Source of the DNA: Pachysolen tannophilus NRRL Y-2460
Lineage: Eukaryota
Length of the DNA: 64,000 nucleotides
Assembly (NCBI GenBank): GCA_001661245.1
Contig: KV454013.1
Location: 776,502-840,501, forward strand
Direction of reading: 5' to 3'
Translations under genes and position numbers: made by a program
Part shown: positions 37,202 to 49,576 of the stretch, piece by piece
Position numbering within the stretch: the first letter of the stretch is position 1
Layout of the letters: each line of letters opens with the position of its first letter
Notes under the pieces: generated by a model
Database searches by the model: none
Seen by the model: the letters and a program-made list of their open reading frames with translations, nothing else
What the model was told of the DNA's origin: nothing

Positions 37202-38119
37202 ATGAGCTTTAAACATCCATTGCTAGTGCTTTCATCATTGGGCTCTAGCCCATCGGTAATTGAAGAGTCGTTGTTGGAGATAAAAGATGATAGTCGAGAG
37301 TGTATTTTGGATATATTGGTAACAGAGAATATTGAAAGTGTTAATCGTTTACAAGCGGTATTGGTTATGCTTTACAACACATCTAGGTTAGCAGCTCAAA
37401 GATGTCAGAGATCAAAAGTATTTATCCGAGTCCTATATAATAATGATTTACTAAAAATAGAGCAGAAGAATTGGGATCTGGTGTTTACAGTTGAAAATAA
37501 TCATTATCATCTGGAAAATATTTTGAAAGCTTTAAAAATTGATATACCAATAATTACTTTGAAAGAAGATAGGAATGAAATACAAAATTTAGAATTGACT
37601 GGTAGCAACAGCTTAGGACTGATGCCTAGTCATTATTACAATACTGTGGCGGTTGGAGGTACTTTTGACCATCTCCATGATGGTCATAAGATATTACTTT
37701 CAATATCAGCCTTTTTAGCATCACAGAATTTGATTATTGGTATAACTGGTGAAAAATTATTGATTAATAAAAAATATAAAGAGTTTTTAGAAACTTATGA
37801 AATGAGGTTAAAGTCTGTGGAAAGATTTTTACTGACAATTCTGCCTCGATTGAATATATCAACTTATAAAATTGAAGATATTTGTGGTCCAACTGCTTAC
37901 ATTGAAGAAATTGATTGCTTGGTACTTAGTCTGGAATCGGCAAATGGTGGAGAATACGTGAATAAGGTCAGGAGGGAAAAAGGGTTTAATGAACTAGAAA
38001 TCTGTACAATCAATGTTATTGGAGGAAATGGTTCTGAAGACGATAATTGGATGGATAAATTGAGTAGTACTCAATTACGTAAACTGGAATATGAAGAAAC
38101 TCTACTTGAAAGTCAATGA
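37202..38119 (+). CDS. CAB4: Phosphopantetheine adenylyltransferase (CoA biosynthesis)
   Basis: AVGGTFDHLHDGHKILLS, DICGPT, KLSSTQLR. Confidence 0.92.
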   Translation: MSFKHPLLVLSSLGSSPSVIEESLLEIKDDSRECILDILVTENIESVNRLQAVLVMLYNTSRLAAQRCQRSKVFIRVLYNNDLLKIEQKNWDLVFTVENNHYHLENILKALKIDIPIITLKEDRNEIQNLELTGSNSLGLMPSHYYNTVAVGGTFDHLHDGHKILLSISAFLASQNLIIGITGEKLLINKKYKEFLETYEMRLKSVERFLLTILPRLNISTYKIEDICGPTAYIEEIDCLVLSLESANGGEYVNKVRREKGFNELEICTINVIGGNGSEDDNWMDKLSSTQLRKLEYEETLLESQ

Positions 38120-38394
38120 AATAATAGGTTGAAATTGACAATAGTTGAAACTATTTTGTATTTAGTTTTTAATAAAAAAAAATGAAAGAAAATAAAAATT
38201 AATAATAGTACCCTAAAAATAAACAAAAATTCATAAAAAAACACATCAAGCTTCCTTTAATTTAAGCAGTAATAGCAAAATTGAATATATGAATAAATAG
38301 ATTTTTTTGTCAAAAAAAATTATCTTTATCCTTCATCTTATATAAGTATCTAAATCATATCATCTAATTGGAGCAAAATCAACAAATAATAAAA

Positions 38395-38433
<39 letters not shown>

Positions 38434-38482
38434 AAAATGTAAAAAATAATTTAAAGCTTATACCTTATTACCTTTCCTAAAT

Positions 38483-41400
38483 TTAATTTTTGATAAATAT
38501 AGGTCTTTCAAAATTCGAACTTCTTCTAGGAGTTCTGTCAGGATGATCAAGCGCCAAATGATCTTCAGTATCCAATTCATCGAATAATTCAACATCATCA
38601 TTTGTTATATAACGAGGTTTCCATTCTCCGAAAGCTGGTGATATTGCAATCTTCAATTTACTAAATTCCTTGAGTCCAAGTCCCAACTTAGCCTGTAATC
38701 TCAACTTGGAATATTTGAATTTTTCGCCCTTTATCAAACTGAAAATAAATGGGACACCATGACGGTTATTAAAGTCTTTATAAAATTGAAAAGTATAAAT
38801 TAAACGAATATCCGATAATCCTAAATTTCCATTTCCAGGAATTTGAGATAATATTTCTGGATTAATAGTCTTCAAAATTTTGTTGACTGTAACTTCTTCT
38901 GGATATTCATTTCTTTTCAGATAAGCAACAACATCAGGACAAATACCACCGTATAATGTATAACGTTGTAAATCAATAGGTAATACCAGATTTTCAGGTG
39001 TTAATAGATGGCTAATTCTATTATGGATTGCTGTATAAAGCAATATATTCTTCTTAGATTCTTCATCGAGCTTGAATTTCACTTGTATTTTATCTAGTAA
39101 ATCACTGACTGTACCATTCTTAGGAATTAAAAACTCATGTTTTTGGTAATGTATTGTACCAGAAGGTAACCAAAATACTTTCATCAATTTCATGTTCTCC
39201 AAGTCTTGAACTGTGATATTTAATACCTCATACTCAAAATTATATAAGTCCTGTTGAGATGCATTCTTTGGTATTAATTGTTGTAAAGTACTATGAGCAG
39301 GAAGTGGAACTCTGTGATCATTCAAGTAAACCGCAAATAGTCTAACATAATTTGGATCTACATCAATCTTTTTACCAACTTTTTCGGACAATTTTTTAAA
39401 TGTTATTGATGATGAAACCCAAAGATCAAAATCCTTATCATTATTAGTTTCCAGATTTTCAGCATCAGCTGGAGATTCACCTTCCTTATTACTGTGATTA
39501 TCCACCAAGACATATTCTTCATTCTCTTCATCAATTTTTAACAATGGTTTTATGCTCAAATGAACCCTATATCTTAAAAATTTGTAATAAGAAACAATTG
39601 TTGGGAATTCCAAACTAGAATATAATTTTTCATCTTTCACTGAATCAATCGATTTTCCAAAACAAATGACATCACCATTTAATAATTCAGCTCTTGAAAA
39701 AGTTGAACTCAAATCAATTGGTTCAATATTATTTGGTTGAATTTCTTCACATAGTTCAATTTCAGATTGGAAATTCCAATTCATCAAAAAATGAATATAT
39801 TTGACTAATGACCCAACAGTGGTATTTTCATCAACAATAACATGTGTCACACCTCTCAAAGATTTATGAGTAGGATCATAATATTTCAATAATAATAAAA
39901 TATTTTGAGAATCTTCCCCAACATCGACAAACTGTTTTGGATATAATGATACTGGTATTTTTTTATATAAATCCTCATTGAAATGTTTAATTATATTTGT
40001 TGAATCAATTTCGGCATCATTGCTGCCAAAGTCTTCAAACTTAACTGTTTCATCATTTTCTTTTGCTAGCTCAACAACAGTTTTTGATACAAATTTCAAA
40101 TCTTTACCAATTTCTTCAACATACAAGTTAAAATTATTCGATCTCCTACCAGTTCCCGCTTTTTCAACAATGTCCTCAATTGTGACATCATCAAGGTTTT
40201 CTGGTGAAATATATATTGGCAAATCTGGTCTAATCGTAGAGTTTTTGCGGTTAATCATATGCCACAATCTAAAATGGCTGAAATCAACTCCTCCTATATT
40301 ATTAGAAACAATTTCATATAATTTCCTAGCACTATCAGTTTTAAGCAATCTGAAACTTGCAGGATATGATTCTTCTTCATACACATCATTTGCATATAAA
40401 GTTCTGTTGTTTTCATCTGGTGCTAAATCAAATCCTTGATAATGCATAAAAGTATCGTTGGTGATGAGTTTAAAGTTTATGTACAAATGCATTTCTTCTC
40501 TTTCTTTCCTTTTCCTATTTTCTTCCTCTTCTTCTCTTAAAATCTGTTCTGGGATATGATGTGGAATATCAGCATCATTAACTTCTCCCATAATATCAAT
40601 AAGCTTTGACTTTCTAACATAGACCAACATATAAGCTGAAGTGTGCCTACGATTTTGATACGCATATTGTTCCAGTCTTGTCATCGCTCTGATTTCCGCT
40701 TCAGTTTTTCTATCGCATCCAAAATTTTCTTCAAATACCTCATGCGGAGTTACTCTCCAAACTCTATCGTCATCAAATCTGAACCATTCATCCTTAATAG
40801 AAGGCTTTATTAAGGCATAATAATGGCCTGCAGAGATATCACCTGAATGAACCAAAACACCTTGTAATTTATATTCCCAATCTTCATTGATAACATCAGT
40901 ACCTGCATCAAGATATGGCTTTAAATCGATACTATCTAAAAATTCGTGTCTGTCGTTAATTTTTACTAAAGTGTCATAATTGAAATCATATTCAAATCTT
41001 TTGAGTTGTAAATGTAAAACTGGTGGGAAATTTTCAAACACAACACCCTTTTCAGCATCTTGTAAACCATATCCTGATGCATCATATTGATTTTCTCCCG
41101 TAAGCGTTTCTGATTCAATATAATTTTTAAAAGATTCTTTCAAGTCCTTCATACCTTTAACATTTAATTGAATATCCCAAAAATCTTCAATTCTACTACT
41201 TTCATAATCGACATTAATGCATCGAATAAAACTTTTCATTCTACCAACAAATATTCCTGTGAGACAACCTTCAATCTCCGTTCCTTTCATTTTATTTTCC
41301 AATCTATCCATTAAAATACGATTCAACTCTTGAACATCATGTTGCGTAAATGCATCACTACTATCCCATCCAAAAGATGAGGTTAATTCATTGGTGTCAA

Positions 41401-42460
41401 CAGGTTCATCGGATTTTTGTAAACGATAAAAGACTCTTTGTAAAGACAATGAGACACTTTTAACAATTAAAGATTCATCCAGACTTTCAGAATCTTTTTC
41501 AACTTCGTCTTGAGTAGGAATTTGATATACTTTTTTCCTAAAAAGTTTTGTGAAAAAATATGATTGCAATAATGAATTTAAATAACATGTTGCACCTTGG
41601 TTATTTAAGCCCACATGGCCTGTTTCTTTTTTAGAATTGTAATTGATGAAATTATGCCACAATACACCTGTATGATCTTTAATAATTCGAACATATGCTG
41701 TAAGATTTACTTTGTTATCTTCGAGGAATGGATGTTTATTATATTTTCCTGGAGAATGTAAATTTCTCAATTCAACAAAATTACTAAAACCCCAATCGGT
41801 TTCTTCAGCACTGAAACGATGATGTGAAACGTTTTGTTTATGAACATCGGGATATTTCGGATTCCAAATATCAATGACGAATTGTGCACATACATGCCAA
41901 TCAGGATCATTTATAACTTCTTTTTTATCTTCATCGTCTTGAACAGGTTGTGTTAACGTTAAAGATTCCAGCACATCTGGCTGAACAGACGTTTGTTTTG
42001 AAACAGGTTGCGAAACCTCTTCTGGAGATTCAACTGCATCATCAACGTTACTATCGCCATCTTTATCTATTATTGTTGAAGGTGGATGTGGTTCTAAATA
42101 AACAGACAAGTAACTACCGCCGTTACCTCTTGGAAATAAAAGTAAATTCCATTCATAATCACCAATTTTAAATCTTGGACCTGAAATTTTATGTTCTTTT
42201 AATTCCCTCCAATCATCAATGTGCCAAGTGAAATAACCTTCAATATCAACATCATAATCTTGAGGAATCTTTGGCATATATTTAACTTTTATGGATTCAT
42301 AATTGGAAGAATCATCTGTTGTTTCTGAAATTTGGGATGAAGTTGCGGAAGAAGCTGCTGAAGAATCCGAATCGGAAGGTGATGATGGTAACTTATTGGG
42401 TTTCTTTATTGACTCAGAACTCAATTTATAATTGCTATCAGCTATTTCATCTGATGCCAT
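38483..42460 (-). CDS. UBP15: MATH-domain ubiquitin-specific protease (USP7 ortholog)
   Basis: MATH domain (HRFSAEETDWGFSNF), Cys box GLNNQGATCYLNSLLQ, His box VHSGDISAGHYYA. ATG at 42460. Confidence 0.96.
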   Translation of the reverse strand: MASDEIADSNYKLSSESIKKPNKLPSSPSDSDSSAASSATSSQISETTDDSSNYESIKVKYMPKIPQDYDVDIEGYFTWHIDDWRELKEHKISGPRFKIGDYEWNLLLFPRGNGGSYLSVYLEPHPPSTIIDKDGDSNVDDAVESPEEVSQPVSKQTSVQPDVLESLTLTQPVQDDEDKKEVINDPDWHVCAQFVIDIWNPKYPDVHKQNVSHHRFSAEETDWGFSNFVELRNLHSPGKYNKHPFLEDNKVNLTAYVRIIKDHTGVLWHNFINYNSKKETGHVGLNNQGATCYLNSLLQSYFFTKLFRKKVYQIPTQDEVEKDSESLDESLIVKSVSLSLQRVFYRLQKSDEPVDTNELTSSFGWDSSDAFTQHDVQELNRILMDRLENKMKGTEIEGCLTGIFVGRMKSFIRCINVDYESSRIEDFWDIQLNVKGMKDLKESFKNYIESETLTGENQYDASGYGLQDAEKGVVFENFPPVLHLQLKRFEYDFNYDTLVKINDRHEFLDSIDLKPYLDAGTDVINEDWEYKLQGVLVHSGDISAGHYYALIKPSIKDEWFRFDDDRVWRVTPHEVFEENFGCDRKTEAEIRAMTRLEQYAYQNRRHTSAYMLVYVRKSKLIDIMGEVNDADIPHHIPEQILREEEEENRKRKEREEMHLYINFKLITNDTFMHYQGFDLAPDENNRTLYANDVYEEESYPASFRLLKTDSARKLYEIVSNNIGGVDFSHFRLWHMINRKNSTIRPDLPIYISPENLDDVTIEDIVEKAGTGRRSNNFNLYVEEIGKDLKFVSKTVVELAKENDETVKFEDFGSNDAEIDSTNIIKHFNEDLYKKIPVSLYPKQFVDVGEDSQNILLLLKYYDPTHKSLRGVTHVIVDENTTVGSLVKYIHFLMNWNFQSEIELCEEIQPNNIEPIDLSSTFSRAELLNGDVICFGKSIDSVKDEKLYSSLEFPTIVSYYKFLRYRVHLSIKPLLKIDEENEEYVLVDNHSNKEGESPADAENLETNNDKDFDLWVSSSITFKKLSEKVGKKIDVDPNYVRLFAVYLNDHRVPLPAHSTLQQLIPKNASQQDLYNFEYEVLNITVQDLENMKLMKVFWLPSGTIHYQKHEFLIPKNGTVSDLLDKIQVKFKLDEESKKNILLYTAIHNRISHLLTPENLVLPIDLQRYTLYGGICPDVVAYLKRNEYPEEVTVNKILKTINPEILSQIPGNGNLGLSDIRLIYTFQFYKDFNNRHGVPFIFSLIKGEKFKYSKLRLQAKLGLGLKEFSKLKIAISPAFGEWKPRYITNDDVELFDELDTEDHLALDHPDRTPRRSSNFERPIFIKN

Positions 42461-43310
42461 TGTGAAAACCAAAAAAAAAAAAAAGAAAATACTTTTTTTT
42501 TTTTTTTAACTTTAATTTGTTTTGTTTAAATGATTCTTTTTTTAAATTCTATTATAGGCCTCTTAATTCGAATTGGATTTTGTACACATATATTATTAAT
42601 ATACGCTTCAATGACACTAAATCTCAATTCTTTGTATGATAATATCCAGCGCTAAGATAAATATGCAAAGATAGATATATATCTTGACCTAGGGATCAAT
42701 TTATTTGATTCTTCCGATATATATTAATTGAATGGGATTAAACCTGTCTTGCCGTTATTTTTTTACCTTATCACTATTCTCTAAAGAGATCGGAACTCTC
42801 AATTCACAAGACGCGCTTTCTCTATTAATAGAAATTGTACAGATAATTCAATGCACCAATTCCAATCTATAGATGATGATGATGATGAGAATTATAATAA
42901 TAATAAATTGTATCAAAACCAACCAACCAACAAATAAAAAAAAAAAAAAAAATAAAAAGTAGATGCAAATCAAACGCAACTATAATTGATTTAATTTATT
43001 GTACCTTTCCTCTTAATACAAAACCAAAATTCTAATCAATTACAATCACTACCAGATTCCAATCAATTGAATAAATCAATATCTGAATCACTTCCTCTTT
43101 CACTGACTTTTTTTTTTTTTTAAAAAAAAAATCTTAGGATATGGTAATTCACAAATAATAATATTAATTTATACCTAATATTATTTTCTTCTAAAGGCAA
43201 AATGATGCTATAATTTTTATTAGAACTAAGAAGATGGATCAGAACAAAAAACAATAGTGTGTTATGCGCACAAAAATCCGAAAGAAGAATTTCCGGAACA
43301 AAATGTGCTC

Positions 43311-43318
43311 TTACCCGG
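43311..43318. promoter_or_regulatory. Reb1-type site TTACCCGG between the UTR1 3' end and the UBP15 promoter
   Basis: Exact consensus match. Confidence 0.55.
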
Positions 43319-43541
43319 ACATGCCGACAGTAGCAGCAGTACCGAGAAGTATCAGAAGTATCAGTATCAGCATCAGCATCAGCAGCACTGGTAGCACTGG
43401 TAGCAGTCGTGGTAGTAGTAGTAAGATAGAAAGGTGTTTATGGTGATGGTGGTGCCTAATAAATAAAAAAATAAAAAAGAGTATGCAATTTATAATCTAT
43501 ATAAATATAAAGATAAAAGATAAAAGATATTAACGATGTAA

Positions 43542-45623
43542 TTATGGCTCGTGATCGGTATTTAATTTGTTCAAGTTATCAATTAATCCTCCCGTGATCA
43601 ACTGTGCAGTTTCGAGATTTTTCGCATCATCAAGGTTTTGATTACATTTTTCCATTAGAGATAACTCTTTTTCCAATTGTGGAGTTTTGATTTCGTCTTC
43701 AGGTCTTGGTTTATAGATATTAGTAGTTGTAGTATAATCTATTGTGTCATCAAGCTCATAAGTTGAATCCGAAAAACCTTTACCATTGCTTTCAACGGAA
43801 GCGGTTTGATTTTCTCTATTATGTTGACTATTGTCACCTTCTTCATCCTTGCCACTTTTTTCGTCACCACTGCTGTAATCAATTTCATATTCTTCTTCGT
43901 TTTCTGATTTCTGATTACCATTATTATAATTCTCATCATCACCATAAAATTCTTGATGATAATCAATCGAATTAGAAGAATAATCAGAGTTTTCATCATC
44001 AGAATTATTATCATGATCATCGTTTAATACAAACATTTTTTTGGAATCAGGTTTCTTATCAGAACTTGCAGCTCGTTGTTCTTGTTTTGAAGTTTGATGA
44101 TAATTAAACATTTGTTTATTTTTATCACTTAAAAGATGAACAAAAGATTTCTGTTCTTCTCTATTATTCCAATTAAGGATTCTACTAACAGAATCAATAT
44201 ATTCAGTCTTTGAGGCTCTGATGGTTGGGAAGGGGAATGGTGATGCAACAACCATAACATAATCACCTTTTTGTAATTGAATTCTTGATCTTCCATCAAA
44301 GGAACACCACGCTGTTGATCTACTTCTTAATGGAACTTTAACTTTTAACGTCATTGAATCTGGTAACAAGATCGGTCTAAAAGATAAAGTATGTGGACAA
44401 ATTGGTGTAACACTAATAGCACTTACTGCTGGATGCACTAAAGAGCCACCTGCGGAAAGAGAATATGCCGTAGAACCTGTAGGAGTAGCCAAGATTAATC
44501 CATCTGCTTGGGACACTGTTAATAACGAACCATCACCATATAATTCCAACATCGAAACCCATGGTGAAGGCCCTCTATCAATGACAATTTCATTCAAAAC
44601 TTGTTGTTCACAAACCAATTCACCATTCAGCTTATGTACACGGCAGGTAAATCTCATCCTTAAATTGGTTTTTGCACCTTTTTTGAAAACATAATCTAAT
44701 GTTTGTCTAAAATCTTCAAATTTTAAATTTGTTAAAAACCCTAAAGAACCTAGAGCAAAACACATTACAGGAGGAACCACTCTTTGAAATAAAGTAGATA
44801 CATATAAGACTGTACCATCACCACCTAAAGTTATCACTAAATCGAAAATATCAGGATTATCATTGATCAGTTCTTTTGTCCAATATTTTAAACGCGGCTT
44901 AGCACTAGGAACATCCAGTATTAATCCACTAGAATCAAATCTTTTAGATTTTTCTAAATGATAATCAACATAAACATCCATTTCTTGATTTTTAAGTAAT
45001 AACCATTCTGCCAATTCTCTTGTAAGGTAGATTAAAGAATTAACTCTTGCCTTAGTAACAATCATCACTGACCTCATCTGTAGTTTAATAGTTGCCTTGT
45101 TCAAATTTCCAGCAAGAATTCTAACTCCATGAGCAGTCTTGGCTAATTGAGCATGAGATTTAACAGATTTTAAATTATCAGAAGATAAACTTTCCAACAA
45201 TTTCTCCCTATGTAATTCACGATTCCCTCCCAATTTATCCAACAACATTCTCTGATAATCTTGTTTCAGAGAACCATGTTTCTCAGAAACATTACTATTA
45301 TTATTAATATTGTTATTATTATTGTGATTTGCAGAACTAATTGGGGCTTCAGCGGAACTACTTGAATTATTATAATCAATCGCTGATGGATGTATGGCAG
45401 TTAAAAACTCTCTATGCGAATTATCCGCCAATAATCCACTATTCATCAAACTCCCATGTAAAACTGGCTGCTGCTGCTGTTGCTGGCTAAAATTATTATT
45501 GCTCGAAGACGACATAGCAGGACTTATTCCTGTAGATGAATTATTATTGTTACTACCATCTCGCAAATTAGAAAACTCCAAGGAATCCCGGTCTTTAATA
45601 TTACCTTTTTCCCTATCTGTCAT
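43542..45623 (-). CDS. UTR1: Cytosolic ATP-NAD(H) kinase (Utr1/Yef1 family)
   Basis: DLVITLGGDGTVL, LGSLGFL, VLNEIVIDRGPSP, ADGLILATPTGSTAYSLSAGGS. Confidence 0.93.
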   Translation of the reverse strand: MTDREKGNIKDRDSLEFSNLRDGSNNNNSSTGISPAMSSSSNNNFSQQQQQQPVLHGSLMNSGLLADNSHREFLTAIHPSAIDYNNSSSSAEAPISSANHNNNNNINNNSNVSEKHGSLKQDYQRMLLDKLGGNRELHREKLLESLSSDNLKSVKSHAQLAKTAHGVRILAGNLNKATIKLQMRSVMIVTKARVNSLIYLTRELAEWLLLKNQEMDVYVDYHLEKSKRFDSSGLILDVPSAKPRLKYWTKELINDNPDIFDLVITLGGDGTVLYVSTLFQRVVPPVMCFALGSLGFLTNLKFEDFRQTLDYVFKKGAKTNLRMRFTCRVHKLNGELVCEQQVLNEIVIDRGPSPWVSMLELYGDGSLLTVSQADGLILATPTGSTAYSLSAGGSLVHPAVSAISVTPICPHTLSFRPILLPDSMTLKVKVPLRSRSTAWCSFDGRSRIQLQKGDYVMVVASPFPFPTIRASKTEYIDSVSRILNWNNREEQKSFVHLLSDKNKQMFNYHQTSKQEQRAASSDKKPDSKKMFVLNDDHDNNSDDENSDYSSNSIDYHQEFYGDDENYNNGNQKSENEEEYEIDYSSGDEKSGKDEEGDNSQHNRENQTASVESNGKGFSDSTYELDDTIDYTTTTNIYKPRPEDEIKTPQLEKELSLMEKCNQNLDDAKNLETAQLITGGLIDNLNKLNTDHEP

Positions 45624-47116
45624 GACTTCCCTACTAATTGATTATACACAAACCATTCAATTATACTTAAATTTACTAACACCGCTTCACTGAACAAATC
45701 AATTAAAAATCCATCTTGTTCTCTTGTTTTTGGTTATTTCCATCCTCAACTTCTCATATATTTGAAAACAAAAGTCGTGCAAGAACAAGCTGGCTGTTTC
45801 GGTAAGTTCGCTGTTAACGGACGACCGAAATGTGGATTTTAATAATACTACTAGTAGTACTAGTAGTACTACTAGTACTACTACTAGAGTACTAGAACTT
45901 GCACTTGCACTTGCACTTGCACTAGTCTTACGGATTAAACTAGATACCGTATTAGTATGTGGATATTATAACTAATAATGATGGTTAATGATATGTAAAT
46001 GGAAACAATTGCAAAATATAATAATATACTAAACAACACAATAATAGTAAAAAAAAAAAAAANNNNNNNNNNNNNNNNNNNNNNNNNNNNNNNNNNNNNN
46101 NNNNNNNNNNNNNNNNNNNNNNNNNNNNNNNNNNNNNNNNNNNNNNNNNNNNNNNNNNNNNNNNNNNNNNNNNNNNNNNNNNNNNNNNNNNNNNNNNNNN
46201 NNNNNNNNNNNNNNNNNNNNATTTTAAATTATCAGAAGATAAACTTTCCAACAATTTCTCCCTATGTAATTCACGATTCCCTCCCAATTTATCCAACAAC
46301 ATTCTCTGATAATCTTGTTTCAGAGAACCATGTTTCTCAGAAACATTACTATTATTATTAATATTGTTATTATTATTGTGATTTGCAGAACTAATTGGGG
46401 CTTCAGCGGAACTACTTGAATTATTATAATCAATCGCTGATGGATGTATGGCAGTTAAAAACTCTCTATGCGAATTATCCGCCAATAATCCACTATTCAT
46501 CAAACTCCCATGTAAAACTGGCTGCTGCTGCTGTTGCTGGCTAAAATTATTATTGCTCGAAGACGACATAGCAGGACTTATTCCTGTAGATGAATTATTA
46601 TTGTTACTACCATCTCGCAAATTAGAAAACTCCAAGGAATCCCGGTCTTTAATATTACCTTTTTCCCTATCTGTCATGACTTCCCTACTAATTGATTATA
46701 CACAAACCATTCAATTATACTTAAATTTACTAACACCGCTTCACTGAACAAATCAATTAAAAATCCATCTTGTTCTCTTGTTTTTGGTTATTTCCATCCT
46801 CAACTTCTCATATATTTGAAAACAAAAGTCGTGCAAGAACAAGCTGGCTGTTTCGGTAAGTTCGCTGTTAACGGACGACCGAAATGTGGATTTTAATAAT
46901 ACTACTAGTAGTACTAGTAGTACTACTAGTACTACTACTAGAGTACTAGAACTTGCACTTGCACTTGCACTTGCACTAGTCTTACGGATTAAACTAGATA
47001 CCGTATTAGTATGTGGATATTATAACTAATAATGATGGTTAATGATATGTAAATGGAAACAATTGCAAAATATAATAATATACTAAACAACACAATAATA
47101 GTAAAAAAAAAAAAAA
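45167..47116. repeat. Apparently identical ~896-bp direct repeat (45167-46062 and 46221-47116) flanking a 158-N gap (46063-46220); probable assembly artefact
   Basis: Constant 1054-bp offset. Copy 1 ends at a poly-A run at the gap and copy 2 begins immediately after it. Confidence 0.9.
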
Positions 47117-47253
47117 AAAAAAAGATAAAATAAAAAGTTGAATAACAATAATAATAATAGTAATAATATAATAATAATAATATGATCAAACAAACAAAAA
47201 AAAAAAAGGAAAAAAGGTAAAAAGCAGGGTTCACTTGTGTGAATATATGTTTT

Positions 47254-49191
47254 CTAAGCAGTAACCTCCTTAACTCTACACTTCCAGCCTGCTGCATCCT
47301 TATCTAATAATGGTAACGAAGCACCAAGACACCAACCTAATTCGTTGTTATTGATCTTCTTTGCAGTTTTCAATTCTCTTGATAGTGGGATATCATAACC
47401 AGTATGTAGTAAGCTGATCATGTAAGATAAATCCAAGCACCATTGTGGTTCACCATTTAATTCGTCGATACTTGCGTCACTGACAAGGTATTGTTTCCAG
47501 AACTTTGAGCCAGAGCAAACTAATTTTGTTAATTCTTTCATCTCATCCAATGTAAAAGAGTTTGGCATACCTAATGGGTTTAATCTATCATAGAAATATG
47601 AAAAGACAAACATATCATTTGATTCTGCAAATTGGTGTAATAATGATGGTTGATAAATACCGTTGAATGAACATGGTTGTTGTTTACAATCCAATTCTTT
47701 GTTTAAAATGGTATCAGCCAAGTAACGACATTGAGTGGCAGCACTTTGTGCTAAAGGATCATCTTGAGATGTAGCAGGTGATACAAAATTAACTAAATAA
47801 GTTTCATCTTTAATTTTAACTTCAACGTTTTGAGCTGTAGTGTCTGGAGCAATACATGGATGAGTTAAAGTAGCCTTTGCTTCTTTTTGACCAGCAGTAG
47901 CTGGTTTTAAAGTATTTGCCTTATCCTTTAATTGAGTTTCAACAACTTTAGAATTAATTTTGTTTCTACCTTCCATTAATCCATAACCCAAATGAGAGTA
48001 CTGATACAAGGTGAAATCTCTACCACCAAAACTAATCGAGTATTTATGTTCACCTTCAATCATTTTTTCTCCCTCTGTTGGTTCAAAGACAATTTGTGTA
48101 GAACCACCACCTAAATCAAAGACTGCAGCTGTAGATATTTTCTTTGAAGAACCAATATTACCCAAGAGGTAATTTGTAGTAATCCATGCATAAACACCTT
48201 CATCTCTACCTCCCATGATAGAAATACCATCACCTTCAACAACAGCAAATGGATAATCTTCTTCCAAATGTCTTCTAACTTCTTTCAAAATCTTTGAAGA
48301 TTTCTCTTCACCTAATAATCTCAAACCTGCAGTGGCCTTAACAGCAACTGGTGTACAAGACCTTTTATTTTCAGGAACATTTTTCATGGCAACTTGTAAT
48401 AATGGATCTAATGACTTTGCTGCACCAACAGCATCTGTATCAAAAGAGGATAAACCTGGTTTCAACATCTCGAAAAATTCATTCAATAATTTAGGAGGAG
48501 AAAAACATAAATCAAACTCGTAAACATGGATTCTCGAACCTGTTGAACCAGCATCAATCATGATAACGTATTCTGTCTTGTCCTTACATGTTCCATCTGC
48601 AGGCGGCAGTATAGGTGGAACAGCTTTCAGTGGAACAGCACCAGCACCGGCACCAGCACCTGCTACAGCCGACGGAGCAGCTGGCTTGGAATCAGATTTC
48701 CCCTTTGACGCCTGTGAATTATCCACTTTCTCCTGCTTGCTCGAATCATTGGTGTTTTTTGAATCTGGTGTCGAGGCAGCCTGATCCTTATTGGCTTGAA
48801 TCTTATTTCCACCAGCATTCGAATCCTTTATTGGAGCAACATCCTCTTCAACCTGCTGCGCACCTTTTTCAGTTGGGTTCTTCTTATCATCAGCAGCAGC
48901 CTTATCAGTCTTTTCATATGGCGGTTTCTGTGGTGATGCTGCAGCATTATTACTATCCTTGTTATTATTGGTATTACCAACAGGTGCAGCTTTAGGAATG
49001 GAAAGCCCAGGCGCAGACTTCAATATCGACGACTTATCAATAACAATCCCATCTTTGCTAGTCAAAGGCTGGGCAACCAAGTATATAAATAATGCAAATA
49101 TAACGACTGATGCCACTAAAAATTTTGCACGACGATTAGAAAGTACAGCGGGCATTCTATTTCTCTTAGTTTCAATCTTATTATCTTCCAT
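47254..49191 (-). CDS. GDA1: Golgi guanosine diphosphatase (GDA1/CD39 NTPDase)
   Basis: N-terminal TM and ACR motifs [51 protein letters not shown] downstream start at MPAVLS is also possible. Confidence 0.96.
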   Translation of the reverse strand: MEDNKIETKRNRMPAVLSNRRAKFLVASVVIFALFIYLVAQPLTSKDGIVIDKSSILKSAPGLSIPKAAPVGNTNNNKDSNNAAASPQKPPYEKTDKAAADDKKNPTEKGAQQVEEDVAPIKDSNAGGNKIQANKDQAASTPDSKNTNDSSKQEKVDNSQASKGKSDSKPAAPSAVAGAGAGAGAVPLKAVPPILPPADGTCKDKTEYVIMIDAGSTGSRIHVYEFDLCFSPPKLLNEFFEMLKPGLSSFDTDAVGAAKSLDPLLQVAMKNVPENKRSCTPVAVKATAGLRLLGEEKSSKILKEVRRHLEEDYPFAVVEGDGISIMGGRDEGVYAWITTNYLLGNIGSSKKISTAAVFDLGGGSTQIVFEPTEGEKMIEGEHKYSISFGGRDFTLYQYSHLGYGLMEGRNKINSKVVETQLKDKANTLKPATAGQKEAKATLTHPCIAPDTTAQNVEVKIKDETYLVNFVSPATSQDDPLAQSAATQCRYLADTILNKELDCKQQPCSFNGIYQPSLLHQFAESNDMFVFSYFYDRLNPLGMPNSFTLDEMKELTKLVCSGSKFWKQYLVSDASIDELNGEPQWCLDLSYMISLLHTGYDIPLSRELKTAKKINNNELGWCLGASLPLLDKDAAGWKCRVKEVTA

Positions 49192-49576
49192 CAAAAAAAA
49201 AAAAAAAAAATGATATTCACCTATTTTGATTTTGTTTTGTTTTGTGTTTTTTTTATGTTCTTTTTTTTTGGATTTTCCACTTTGGTTCTTTTCCCTTTTT
49301 CAAATTAACTGAAAAATAAAGAAAATACCAGAATTATAAGATAGATTATTATCTTATGAAAAAGAATGAATAACTAGATATTTAATGAAAATAACATATA
49401 GAAAGATAAGTAGTAGCTTTGGTGGTATTTTGGATTTCTTACCCAAAATGAAATTTGGCAAAAAATAAAAAAAAAATAAAAAAAGGCACGCGAAAGGGCA
49501 CAAATTGGTATTACTTTTCAGGAAGGGGCAGGCTGTTGGACTTGCCCGCTTCTCTGGTGGTATCTAATCTAAGAAT

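Noticed and set aside
45846..45925. Self-complementary (TAC/TAG)n and (ACTTGC)n repeats
   Set aside because: Simple microsatellites; the palindromy follows from unit composition.
45985..46677. Second NAD kinase gene or pseudogene
   Set aside because: Apparently identical copy of the UTR1 5' end abutting a gap; best explained as an assembly artefact.
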